Below are positions 1 through 12,000 of a stretch of DNA of 57,793 nucleotides, piece after piece. A program made the position numbers and the translations under genes. Under the pieces are notes generated by a model. That model had not been told where the DNA came from and did not search any database. It was given only the letters and a program-made list of their open reading frames with translations. This DNA comes from a virus (Duplodnaviria > Caudoviricetes): the IMG/VR virus record IMGVR_UViG_3300020043_007152, positions 1 through 57,793 of that record; one strand, 5' to 3'. Positions within the stretch are counted from its first letter, which is position 1. Each line of letters starts with the position of its first letter.

Positions 1-3000
1 CCGCTGAAGAAGAATCTCCAGCGCCACCGCCTTCCGCGGAAGCTCCCCGCGCCCAAAGTGTGCCGGAATACCTCAACGAGCTTGAGCGCCGCACGCTGGC
101 CGACAACCCGAAGATGGGCAAGGACGACAAGGCCACGCTGAAAAAGGCGCTGCTTGTGTTCGGACCGTTTATCCACGCTTTCCGCGATGCGTTCCCTGGA
201 GGCATCGTCATCACGCCGAACAAAATAGGTTCCGCGGGACTGATGTACACAACGGAGCCAACAGCCGCGCTTACCGTCTCTCTGCCGGACTTCACAAAGC
301 ACCTGAAGCACGCTAAGGACGTTCGCAAATGGGCGCTGTCCGCAGTTCTTGAGGAAGTTGTCCACGCCATCGTGGATACGAAAAAGCTCCTGAAAACGTC
401 CGGCGCAATCATGGCGCAGATCGCGGAAAGCGCACCAGCAACACACAAACTTATCCGGGAGGCATATCCGACAGCCAACACACCGGAGGGAGCAGCGGCG
501 CAGGTTCACGAATTCATCCGCATGGTAGTCCAGGGCCGTATTAAGCTGACCGTGGACGGTGTGACTCTGGACGGCGAATTGACAGAGGACCAGTATTCCG
601 AGACCGTGATGGGGCTCATTCTGCGCGTGCTGCGCGAGTTCCATGCGTTCGTAAAGAACATGGTGAAGTCCGTAGGGCCGAAACTGGCGGCGGACATCGA
701 AGCACAAGCGGCGATTGTGGAGGGGCACATTCAGGCGCTTTTGACGGGAGCGACGGGAGAATCAGCGGCGAAAGCGCCGGAGGGAGCGCCAGCGGAGACG
801 GGTTCACCCGCGTCTGGCGCTCCCGCGGCCTCGCCTGCGTCTGAGCCGTTAATAGTGGCGAGAGAAAGCGGAACTGGGCCGATAGCGGAGTGGGGAGTAG
901 CTTTTCGTAGTGCGCACGCTCACCCGGATAACCCGATAACAGCTATTCAAGTTGTACAAGCTCGTAGCGCTGAGGAGGCGTTGGACAAAGTAAAGCGCGA
1001 GCGGTTAAAACCTGGCGAAACGGTAGTCGGTGTGCCGGTCGAAATACCAAAACCTGCCGAATCGGTAGAAGCGCCGCAGTCGGACTACACGCCTTACGTG
1101 CAAGGCAAGATCGCGGAGTTCCAGGAGGCCATGCAAGGCCCGGTAGGCGAAGCGTTTCGCAAACTGGTTGGCATTCTGTCCGGCAAAAAGCGATACGTGC
1201 GTGTCGCAGGAAGCTCAACCCCCGGAACAGTGGCGGCGTTCGGAGCAGAATGGCCGGTGACTGACGAAGAAGCCTCCACTGTGCGAGAACTTTGGGAAGT
1301 TGTTCGCGATGGGCTTCCAGGCGCTGCCTTTGGGCGCAACCCGGAGAACCCCTTCCAGATCGAAGTGGAAGACACAGCGGAAGAAGCCAAGCGCGCAGCA
1401 GAAAGCACGAAGAAGTTCAAAGACGCCCTCAAAGGTGGGAAGCCTACCACGATAGACGCGCCCGCGAACGAAGCCGCGACAAGCCCTGAGAACGACATCC
1501 CTCAGCCAACGGAAGCCCAAAAGAAGGCAGGCAACTACCAGAAGGGGCACGTCCGCTTTGGCGGCATGGACATCAGCATTGAGAATCCGGCGGGCAGCGA
1601 GCGCACCGGCGTAGATGCGTCCGGGAAGAAATGGAGTGTCACGATGAAGTCGCACTACGGCTATGTGCGCGGAACCGAGGGCAAAGATGGCGATCATGTG
1701 GACATCTTTATCGCAGAAGGGACGCCTTTGGACTACGATGGGCCGGTATTCGTGGTGAATCAGGTAAAGGCCAACGGGCACTTCGACGAGCACAAGGCTG
1801 TGACCGGCGTCGGGATTACCAATGATGCTTCCGCGAAAAACGAATACCGCTCCAACTACAGCAAAGGATGGAAGGGGCTCCCATCTGATGGCGGCTTGAA
1901 AAGCGAGTATGCGGATGTGGTCGGATTTACAAACATGGCAGCGTTCCGCGAATGGCTGGCTGGTGCAGACCTGACAAAGGCGGCTGAAATCGAAAGCGCC
2001 GCCCCCGGAGATCAACCCGAAGGCGGCGCGGATGCTGTCTTGGCCAAGCCCGGCGCAGGATCATCAACGCCAGTTGTCAGCGACTTGCAGGAAACTGATA
2101 CTATTCCGCAGGATGTCAAGCCTTCCCTGACGCCCGAAGAGCAGGCCGTGAAGGATATTCTCGACGGCATTCTCGGCGGGCAGATCAAGTCACAGCCGGT
2201 AGGCGAGCGCGCTTTCGATACCAGCATCCCGGATGCCGCATTCCTGCCAATGATGCAGGCCGCGAGGGCTCTCTACAAATCCGGCGTCAACGCGCCCGAT
2301 GCGCTTGCGGCATCCCTCGCAAAGATGGGAGACGCCTACACTCAGTTTTCCGCCGCCATCTGGTCGGCCATTCGTGCAACGGATACGAGCCTGGAGCCAT
2401 CGCCGGACTGGAACGCGGTATATTCGGCGCTTGAAAAGCCATCCAGCATCACGGAACCTGCCGCCGATGAACGACAACTGGAGCAGCGCACCCCAAGTAT
2501 TGAAACCGGAGACACTGCGCCGGTTGGAGAAAATCCTGAGCCCGCTGGGGATGAGGATAGCGGACGGATGGGCGGCGACGGGCAAGAAGCAGATGCAGGC
2601 GTGGGAAGCGGAGGGAGTGCTGGAGAGAAAGTTGCGGGAAGCGGACGTAAAGGCCGGGGAAATCGTAGCGGAGGCGCATCAACGCGGGATAAATCACCTG
2701 ACGGACCGGGAGATACTGGAGGAACACGGGACAGTGACGCACCGGATACCGGCGGCATAGCGGCCAGCAACTACCGCATCACCGCTGCCGACAATCTCGG
2801 CGCGGGCAGCCTGCGCCAGAAGTATGCCGACAATGTGGCGGCAATCAAGCTGGTCAAAACCCTCCAGGCCGAGGGGAGGGGCGCGACGCAGGACGAAAAG
2901 CGCGTGCTCGTGAAGTACGTCGGATGGGGCGGCATTAAGGGAGTGTTCAACCCCGACAACAAAGAGTGGGGCGCGGCGCATCGCGAATTAAAAGCGCTGC

Positions 3001-6000
3001 TGACCGAAGAGGAATACGCCGCGGCCAGTCGCTCGCAGTTGGACGCACACTATACGAGCGAAGAAATCATCACCCGCGGAGTATGGGCGGCAATGCAGCG
3101 GTTTGGATTCAGCGGCGGGAAGATGTATGAAGGAGGTGTAGGCGTCGGGCATTTCATTGGTCTGATGCCGGATGCCATCAGACCAGCCAGCCATTACATT
3201 GGCGTGGAGCAGGACGCCATTTCAGCCGCCGTGGCGAAGTATCTCTACCCGGAAGCGAAAATTTGGCACATGGGGTTTCAGGATGCCGCATTCAGCCCCG
3301 GCAGCGCCGACGGCATTGTAGGCAATCCGCCGTTCGGCCAGCAATCGCTCTACGATCCGCAGTTCAAGCACCTGAGCAAGTTCAGCATCCACAACTATTT
3401 CATCGCGAAACAACTGGAGCTTCTGCGGCCCGGTGGCGTGGCGGCATTCGTAGTTTCCCGCTACTTCCTGGACGCTCTGGACTCCACGGCGCGCGAGCAC
3501 ATCGCCAAGAGCGCCGAGTTCCTCGGTGCCATCCGGCTTCCGAATACCGCCTTCAAGGGGAACGCGAACACCGAAGTCGTCACGGATATTGTCTTCTTCA
3601 AGAAGCTGCCGAATGGGCAGTCGGGAGCAACGACATGGACGAAAGCCGCGAAGCAAAAAGACGAGGCGACCGGCGCGGAGTTCTCGTTGAACCGTTGGAT
3701 CAATGATAGCCCGCAAATGGTGCTGGGGACGCCCGCAATGACCGGCTCACGGTATCGCGAGAATGAATACACCGTGGAGCCCTTTCCCGGAGCCGGTTTA
3801 GGTGAGCTTCTGGACGAAGTGGTCGGGAAACTGCCGCAGGGCGTGTATGAGCATGTGGACGCAGCGACGGCGGAACGTCTCACGACGCCGGAGATCGTAG
3901 AAGGGGCCGGAACCCCGCGCGTGGGCGGATACATGGTCGGCAAAGACGGCGAAATCTACCGCCGCCTGCCCGACGTGGACATGGAGATCCGCTACGAGAG
4001 CGCCGGGATTACCGCGGACACGTCAAAGAAGAAAATGCGCGGCATGATCGCGATTCGCGACGCCATGAACCGATTGATCGCGGCGGAAATCAAAGACGAG
4101 CCATCCGAAAAGCTGGAGTCCCTGCGGAAGCGGCTGAATTCCATCTACGATGTTTTCGTCAAAGAGTTCGGCCCGCTGAACAAGCAGGGGAACCGGCAGG
4201 CTTTCAGCCGCGACCCGGAAGCCTCGCGCATTCTTGGCCTGGAGCGCGAGTTTGACGCCGGAGTCTCAAAGGACGCCGCCAAAAATAAGGGCATCGCGCC
4301 ACGCACTCCTTCCGCGAAGAAGGCGGACATCTTCCAAAAACGGACCAATGTTCCCTACATCGAAATCACCCATGCAGAGACAGCCAAAGAGGCGCTGGCG
4401 GTGTCCCTGAATCAGCGCGGCATGGTTTCACTGCCCTACATGCAGGAATTGACGGGCATGGACGAAGAACGCATCTTGAGCGACTTGGAAGGCATCATTT
4501 TCCGGCTTCCCGAGGGTGGATTCGAGATGCGGGACTTGTATCTGTCCGGGAATGTGAGGGCAAAACTCAACGCCGCGAAAGAAGCCGCAGAGGAAAACCC
4601 GGAATTTCAGAAGAACGTGGACGCTTTGGAAACGGCGCAGCCCGTGCCCCTGCTGCCGGAGCAAATCAGCGCCACAATCGGCGCTGGGTGGATACCGGAG
4701 GACGTGTATTCAGACTTTGTGCAGTCACTTGTGGGAGAGCGTCCTGGCAGCATTGTGTATCTCAAGGCAACCGGCGGATGGGCATTCCTCCTGGACTCCG
4801 ATTCGCTGGCGGCAAATCACACATGGGGAGTGCCGAAAACGGCGAGCAGCAACGAAGAGGACGGCTCGCCCGGAAAGTCATTTGGGGCGCTGTTCAGCGA
4901 CCTTTTGAACGCCAAGCCGCCGACGGTTTATATCACAGTGGACAAGAAGCGACTGGTTCACCAATCCGCGACCGCCGCCGCCATCGAAAAGACCGAGGCT
5001 ATCAAGGCCAAGTGGCAGGAGTGGCTGTTTCAGGACAAGGAACGGCGGGACAGGCTCGCGAAAATCTACAACGAGAAGGTCAACAACTACGCCGATGCGA
5101 AATTCGACGGCTCGCACCTGCAATTCCCCGGCATGTCCGCCCTCGTGGAACTGCGCAGGCACCAGTCGGACGTGGCATGGCGCATCATCACGCAGGGCTC
5201 TACGCTTCTGGACCACGTAGTAGGCGCTGGCAAAACCTTTGCGGGGATTGCGGCATTCGCAGAAATGCGGCGCACTGGTCGCGTCAGGAAGCCGCTCTTC
5301 GCGGTGCCGAACCACCTTGTCACGCAATGGAGGGACGACTTCATCAAGCTCTACCCCAACGCCAATGTGCTCTACGCCAAACCGTCCGACTTTGCGAAAG
5401 ACAAACGGAAGGTGCTCTTCGCAAAAATCATGACCGGGGAATATGACGCCATCATCGTCGGGCATTCTTCACTCGGCAAGATTGCTATGGACCCGGCAGG
5501 ACAGCGGGAACTCCTCTCCGAAATGGTCGAGGAGATCATGGACACTATTCGCGCGCTGAAGGAGGATGCGAGCAACGGGAGAGCCATTGCCACCCTGGAG
5601 AGGCAGCGTGAGAGCCTGGAGCAGAAAATGAAGAAGCTCGCAGACCGGCAGCGTGGCGATGATACCGTGACGTTCGAGGAACTTGGCATTGATGCGCTGT
5701 TCGTGGATGAAGCCCACGAGTTTAAGAATCTGTTCTACACCACGCAGATGCAGCGCGTCGCCGGGCTTGGGAATCCTACTGGCTCCGGCAAGGCGTTCGA
5801 CCTTTACCTGAAAACCCGCCAACTGCGGAAACGGTTTGGCGCAAAGGCTCCGGTCGTGTTTGCCACGGGGACGCCGCTCAGTAATTCACTGGTCGAGATG
5901 TTCACCATCCAGCGGTATTTGCAGCCAGAGGCATTGCAGGAAATGGGGGCGACCACCCTGGACGCATGGGCCAAGCTGTTCGGCGACGTGAAGCAGGTCT

Positions 6001-9000
6001 ATGAGGTCAATCCCACCGGGACCGGCTATCGCATGGCGACCCGATTTGCCGAATTCCAGAACGTCGGCGACCTGTCAGCGGTGTATAAGACCGTCGCCGA
6101 TGTGATCGCGCAGCCAGATTTGGAACGTCAGGCGCAGGAGCGCGGAGAGACATTCCCGATCCCCAAAGTGGCCGGAGGCAAGCCGAAGGTGTTCGCGGTG
6201 AAGCGCAGCGAGGCGCAAGAGAACTATTTTGGAGTCGAAACGCAGGTGACAGACGCCGAAGGGAACGGAGTCTTCGACAGCGACGGGAATCCCGTGACCG
6301 CCTACCCGCAAGGCTCGATCAACTGGCGCGTGGACAACATGCCCGATGACCCGAGCGAAGACAACATGCTGAAACTGACCAGCGACGCGCGTAAGGCGGG
6401 ACTGGACATGCGCCTGATAAATCCGAACCTGCCGGACGAACCAAACTCAAAAGTGAACGTGGCGGTGAAGGAAATGGTCCGCGAATACCGGAAATGGGAT
6501 GCCGACAAAGGAACGCAGTTGGTATTCTGCGACCTGTCCGTGCCATCCAGCGCCCGAGGAAAAGCCAAAGCCAAAGCCGCGTCGCAAGAATCAAGCGACG
6601 AATCCCCCGCCGAAGAGATAGACGACGAGCAGGAAGACGCGACAGAAGAGATCAGCATGGACGAACTCCTCGCCGAATCCTCTACGTTCTCCGTGTACGA
6701 TGACGTTCGCGACAAGCTGATTGCCGCAGGCATCCCAGCCAACGAAATCACTTTCATCCACGACTACGACACCCCGGAGAAGAAAGCCAAGCTGTTTGCG
6801 GACATGAACGCGGGCAGGGTACGCATCCTGATGGGGAGCACTCCAAAGCTGGGGGCGGGAACGAACGTGCAGGAGCGTCTTGTTGCGCTGCATCACTTGG
6901 ACGCGCCGTGGAGGCCGTCTGATTTGGAGCAGCGGGAGGGCCGCATTATTCGACAGGGGAATTTACTGTATAAGCGCGACCCGGAAGGGTTTGAAGTTTT
7001 CATCGGGCGTTACGGAACTGAACTGACCTACGACGCCCGGATGTGGCAAATCATCGAGCACAAAGCCGCCGGGATCGAAGGGTTCAAGCGAGCCGACCGC
7101 TCCACGCGAACGATGCAGGACATCGCAGGCGAGGCCGCCAACGCTGCGGACATGAAAGCGGCAACATCAGGGAATCCGCTCATCCGCGAAGAGATCGAAC
7201 TGCGCGGGAAGCTGGAGAAGCTGCTGCAACAACAGAAGGCATGGCAGGCCAACCAATACACGATAGACCGCGACCTCGCCTATTATGAGGGCGAGTCGAA
7301 GCGGGTAGAGAACCACCGGAAGGACGTGGCCGCCAGGATCGCGGCTCGGGACAAATACAAAGGAGCGGAATTTGAGATGGTTCTGAGCCCTCCGGGAGGC
7401 AGCAAGAAGCGATTCGACGAGAAAGCCGGGATAGTTGAAGTGATCGCCGAAAGCGTGCGTCACATGAAGGACACCCGGAATAAGTCATGGCCAGGCATCG
7501 GAGAGTATCGCGGGTTCAGTCTTGGACTGGAGATAGCGGCGGACCGGCTGGCGATTACAATGGCAGCACCCGGCGTCCCGCGGTGGACGGTTTCGCGCTA
7601 CTCAAAAGACGACACCTTGAGCGATGTAGGATTCGTGCAGCGGTTGGACAATGCGCTCAAGGGGCTGGACGACGATCTTGTCTCACAGGACTATCGGATT
7701 CCGGCGGCTGAGAAGAAGATCAAGGATTTGACCGAAGCGAAGAGCGCGCCGTTCACAAAGGCTGCGGAAATCGAAGAGACGCGCAAGAAGCACGTCGAGA
7801 TTCGCGCCGCTCTGATGGAAAGCAAGAAGTCCGCGCCGGTGAAACGGTCGGGAGGTTCTGGAGGGAGTCAAGTTACTCCGGGGCCGCTGACGCCAGCCGA
7901 TCCCGCATTGTTGTCGGACGAAGTAATGCGCACGCTGCGCCGCGCGGACATCACGGGGAGCTTTTTGAGGCTGCCTGAACAATTAGACCCTAAGCTCTAC
8001 AAGAAAGTGAACGCGGCATTGGAATCCGCAGGCGGGCGATGGGACAAGACATCGAAGGCGCATGTATTTGCAGGAGACCCAACGGAAGCGCTCGGTTTGA
8101 AACAAGGCCAGCGCATTTACTCCCGCGCCATCCCCGCGCCCGCGATGCGCGCTAGCATAACCGAGCAAGGCCAGCCGCTGTTCAGCAGGGATGTGGTCGG
8201 CGACAGCACTCCGCCGGGCGCGACTGAAGAGGTGATTCTCGAAACGCTTGTCGATATATCAAGGAATCTCATTGGAGGCGAAATAGGAATCCGCGCTCTG
8301 CATCCCGACGAGAACCCTAAAATAGGAGACATTCTCCCTGAATCATACCACTGGAACGACGACGTTAGAACGGACGATCCAATTGGCGGAACGGCGGTGT
8401 TTGGGGGATACGGGGATTTAGCCAGGGCGGCAGTTGGTTACTTTGGCAGCGGTGGCAGATATGCGGTTGTTTCGGGGTCTGGCTTCGCCCCATCCAATAT
8501 GCCTGAACGCCACGCAAAGGCCCTAAGGGACGCCGAGGTTATCGCTTTAGTGGATGCAAGAAAGAGCCCCACCCAGATTACTCTAAGTGAGGCTCTTATG
8601 AGCGCAGGCTCGTTTCAATCCGCGCTTCCCGAAGGAAGCGAACCGAATGGCCCTCTCGGTTATGAGGTTGCAAACCATAAGCCAAGCCCTCCGAACCGGA
8701 TAAGCAAAGAGACGCTCGGGCAAATATGGGCCGCCGCCGGGACACAATCACAGCCCGCGCCCGGCGTCAACGAAAATTCCGCGGGCGAGTCGTTCAGCCT
8801 CGGCAAGGCCGCGCCGGTCACGCCCGCGCAGGACGCGGAATACATGGCCGCGGTTGAGGCGGGCGACATGGAGACGGCGCAGAGGATGGTGGACGCGGCG
8901 GCGAAGGCGGCGGGGTATGCATTTGAACGAGGGGAACGCGATTATGCGGGTTATCTGGAAGAAGGAGAAGGTGAATCCGGTCGTGGCGTCTATGCTTACC

Positions 9001-12000
9001 CAACCGGGCAACAAACAATGAGGGCCTATTATACACAGGCTGGAGAAACGAGGGTTTGGGTAAAGCCTTTGGGGGAAGTGGTGGATTTAACGCGGGCGGA
9101 AGAAAAGGCAGCAGTTTTAGCCCAGGCCAAGAAACAAGGGATCGTCGCCAATGCATCAAATTACTATCGCCAGCCATTTGCCGTAATGGCACACATGATG
9201 CAGGCGCATCCATCCGCCGCCGGTTATACTGTCCCCCATATCGGTCCGGGAATTCCAAGTGGTAAGCAGACGATCTTTAACGCAGATCGAGTTACACACC
9301 AATCCGCTGCCCCTGTGACCCGCGACGAAACGGGCAACGTGATCCCGCTCAGTGAGCGGTTCAACCCCGCGAAGGACAGCATCCTGTATTCTCGCGACAT
9401 TGTGGGTGAGCAGGAAGCCGCGGAAGCCGCTATCAACGCCGAACTCGACAATATGGTGGAGGCATGGCAGCGAGGCGAGACGGCGCGTCCAGGCGACCCG
9501 GCGTATTCCGGCAGCGCGCAGAGCATACAGTCGGATGTGGTGGACCAGATGCACATAGACCGGCACACGCCGGAGAGCATTGCGGAGTGGGACGAGGAAG
9601 CGCAGCGCATCCGGGAGCGGATGGGCGACGCTGCGGCGCGGGCGATGTTGTTCCAGAAGATGCAGCGTGGAGAGTTCCTGACGCCTGCGGAAACGAGGCT
9701 GGCGCTGACTCTGGAGCATGACAGCACGAAGAACCTGCGGACGCCGGAGCAGATCGAGGCACACCGCCGGTTCCGCATGGCTTGGCGTATTTCCGGGCGT
9801 GAAGTGGCGCGCTCCCTCAGTTCCCGAATGGACCCATACATGATGCCCGCCGAGCGAGCCAAAGCGTTCATCATGGACGAGATCATGGAGCCCTCGCCGA
9901 CAGCCAAAGCGCAGGCCTCAAAAAAACGGCAGCAGGCGAACAACACGCCGAACGCCGCGGAGAAGAAGGAACTGGAAAAGGAAGCCAACCGCATCGAGGA
10001 CGACAGCAGCAAGAAGCGACTGGCCGAAGTGGTTGCGAAGCTCAAGGAAGCCGGGTTCACCCTTCAGGAGTTTCTGAACACCCGCGTTGTCATCGCTGAG
10101 AAAGCGCCCGCGTTTGAGTCCATGCTGCGGGCTATGGACGACTGGAAGCGGATGGTGATGCGGAAGCTCCAGGGTGGCGACATCCCATTCCGCACGCTCG
10201 CCAAGCAGATCGGCAAGGCCGAGAAGGAAGTGCGTGGGGCGCGGGATGAATTTGAGAAGCGCTTCACCGCATGGGCGATGGGGCAACTGAAACCCGGCAT
10301 GACCGCGGACGACCTTGTTGCGCTGACAGAAGGCGTGCTGAAATCGCAGCCTGCGCCGGAAGGGCCTATGAGCGACGCAGACAAGCAGCGCATCATTGCC
10401 GAGGCCATGATGAAAATGGGGCTGGTCCCTCCTGACAAGCAAGGCAAGGCCAAGGTGAAGAGCAAACGCACCGGAAAGGGCGAGCCGATGGACCCGGACA
10501 CCGTGGCCGCACTCATTCTGGAGCGGTGGAAGTCCCCGAACCGCCGCGTGCCGACAGCAGTAGGCCAGGCCATCAAGGACTATCTCAAAGCGAAGGCTGG
10601 CACCGAGGAGGCCAAGACGGCATTCCGCGAGAAGCTGGAGGAAATGGGCGTGTCTGAAGCAAACGCGGCGGAACTCACCGAGGCCGCGCATCAGAAGCTG
10701 GTGGACAGCCTCGCAGGACGCCGGGAGAAGGTGATGGTGTATGTGGACATGGAGGATGCGGAGAGCGCCATCGTGGCAGCAAAGGCGTTGAGCGCAGCCC
10801 GCGGGGACGCTTTGGACATGCTCAAAGAATACTGGTATGCCTCCTATCTGAGCGGTCCGAAGACGCAGATTGTCAATCTTGCGAATTACCCGACGCACTT
10901 GCTGCTGAATATGGGGCTCAAGCGCACCGTGGCGGCAGCGATGGGAAGCCTTTTCGGAGCCCGGTCGGCGAAAACTCCGATGCTGGGCGAACTAGGCGCG
11001 ATGTGGCGGGCAATGGGGCCGGGCATTCTCGACGGCTTGCGGTTGGCGGTGAAAAGCTGGAAAACCGGCGTGGACTTCCTCGCATTCGACAAACTGCACG
11101 ACAAACTGGCCCCGGAGACGGCGGCGGAGGATTACCAGAAGCTCGTCAAAGACATGGGTCTGGAAGTGCCATCGCCAGCAATTCCAGGACGGCTGGGCGG
11201 CATCATCCGTTCGCCCATGCGCGCCATGCAGTTCATGGACGTGCTGGGAAAAACCATTGTTGCACACATGGAAGCGGCGGCGAACGCCTACCGCATCGCC
11301 AAGACTGAGCAGAAGGGCAAGACTTTTGCCAGCCGTGCCGCCAAAACGGCAGACATGGAAGGCCGGATGACCGAACTCCTGAACACTCCGGGAAGCCCCG
11401 CATGGCAGACGGCTATAGCCGAGTCACTGGAGGCCGGATTTCAGACGCCGTTGCAGGGCCGCAACAGTCCGACGCCAAAGAATGCCGTGGATGCGATGGA
11501 GCGGGCCGTTGCCGGTGTACTGGGAGCGGTGGACGCGGCGCTCAACCGGAAGTCCGGCAGCGCATGGGCAAACGCAGTGAAGCTGCTGGCCAAGATGATT
11601 CTGTTCCCGTTCGTCAAGACGCCCTATAATATCGCCCGTGTCGGCGCGCGTATGTCTCCGCTGGGGATCGCTCCATTCATCATGCGCACGTTTGAGGCCG
11701 GACTGATGAAGATGCGCGGGAAGAAGGAATTTCTGGACACGTTCGGGAAATTCTTCGAGCACGCGACCGAGCAGGCGATGGCATGGACGGCGTTCTTCCT
11801 TCTCGCAGGAATGGCAGAGGGAGACGACGACGACGATAAAAAGGATTGGCTCCTGACCGGGGGGCCGCTACCGGGTCGGAACGACCGTGCGGAAAACATG
11901 CTGCGGCTCGCGGCGGTCGGTGGAGACTACACATTCCGGGTGTATGGGACAGACATCCCGTTCTCGCGCTACGAGCCTATCGCCACGGCGCTGGGAACAA

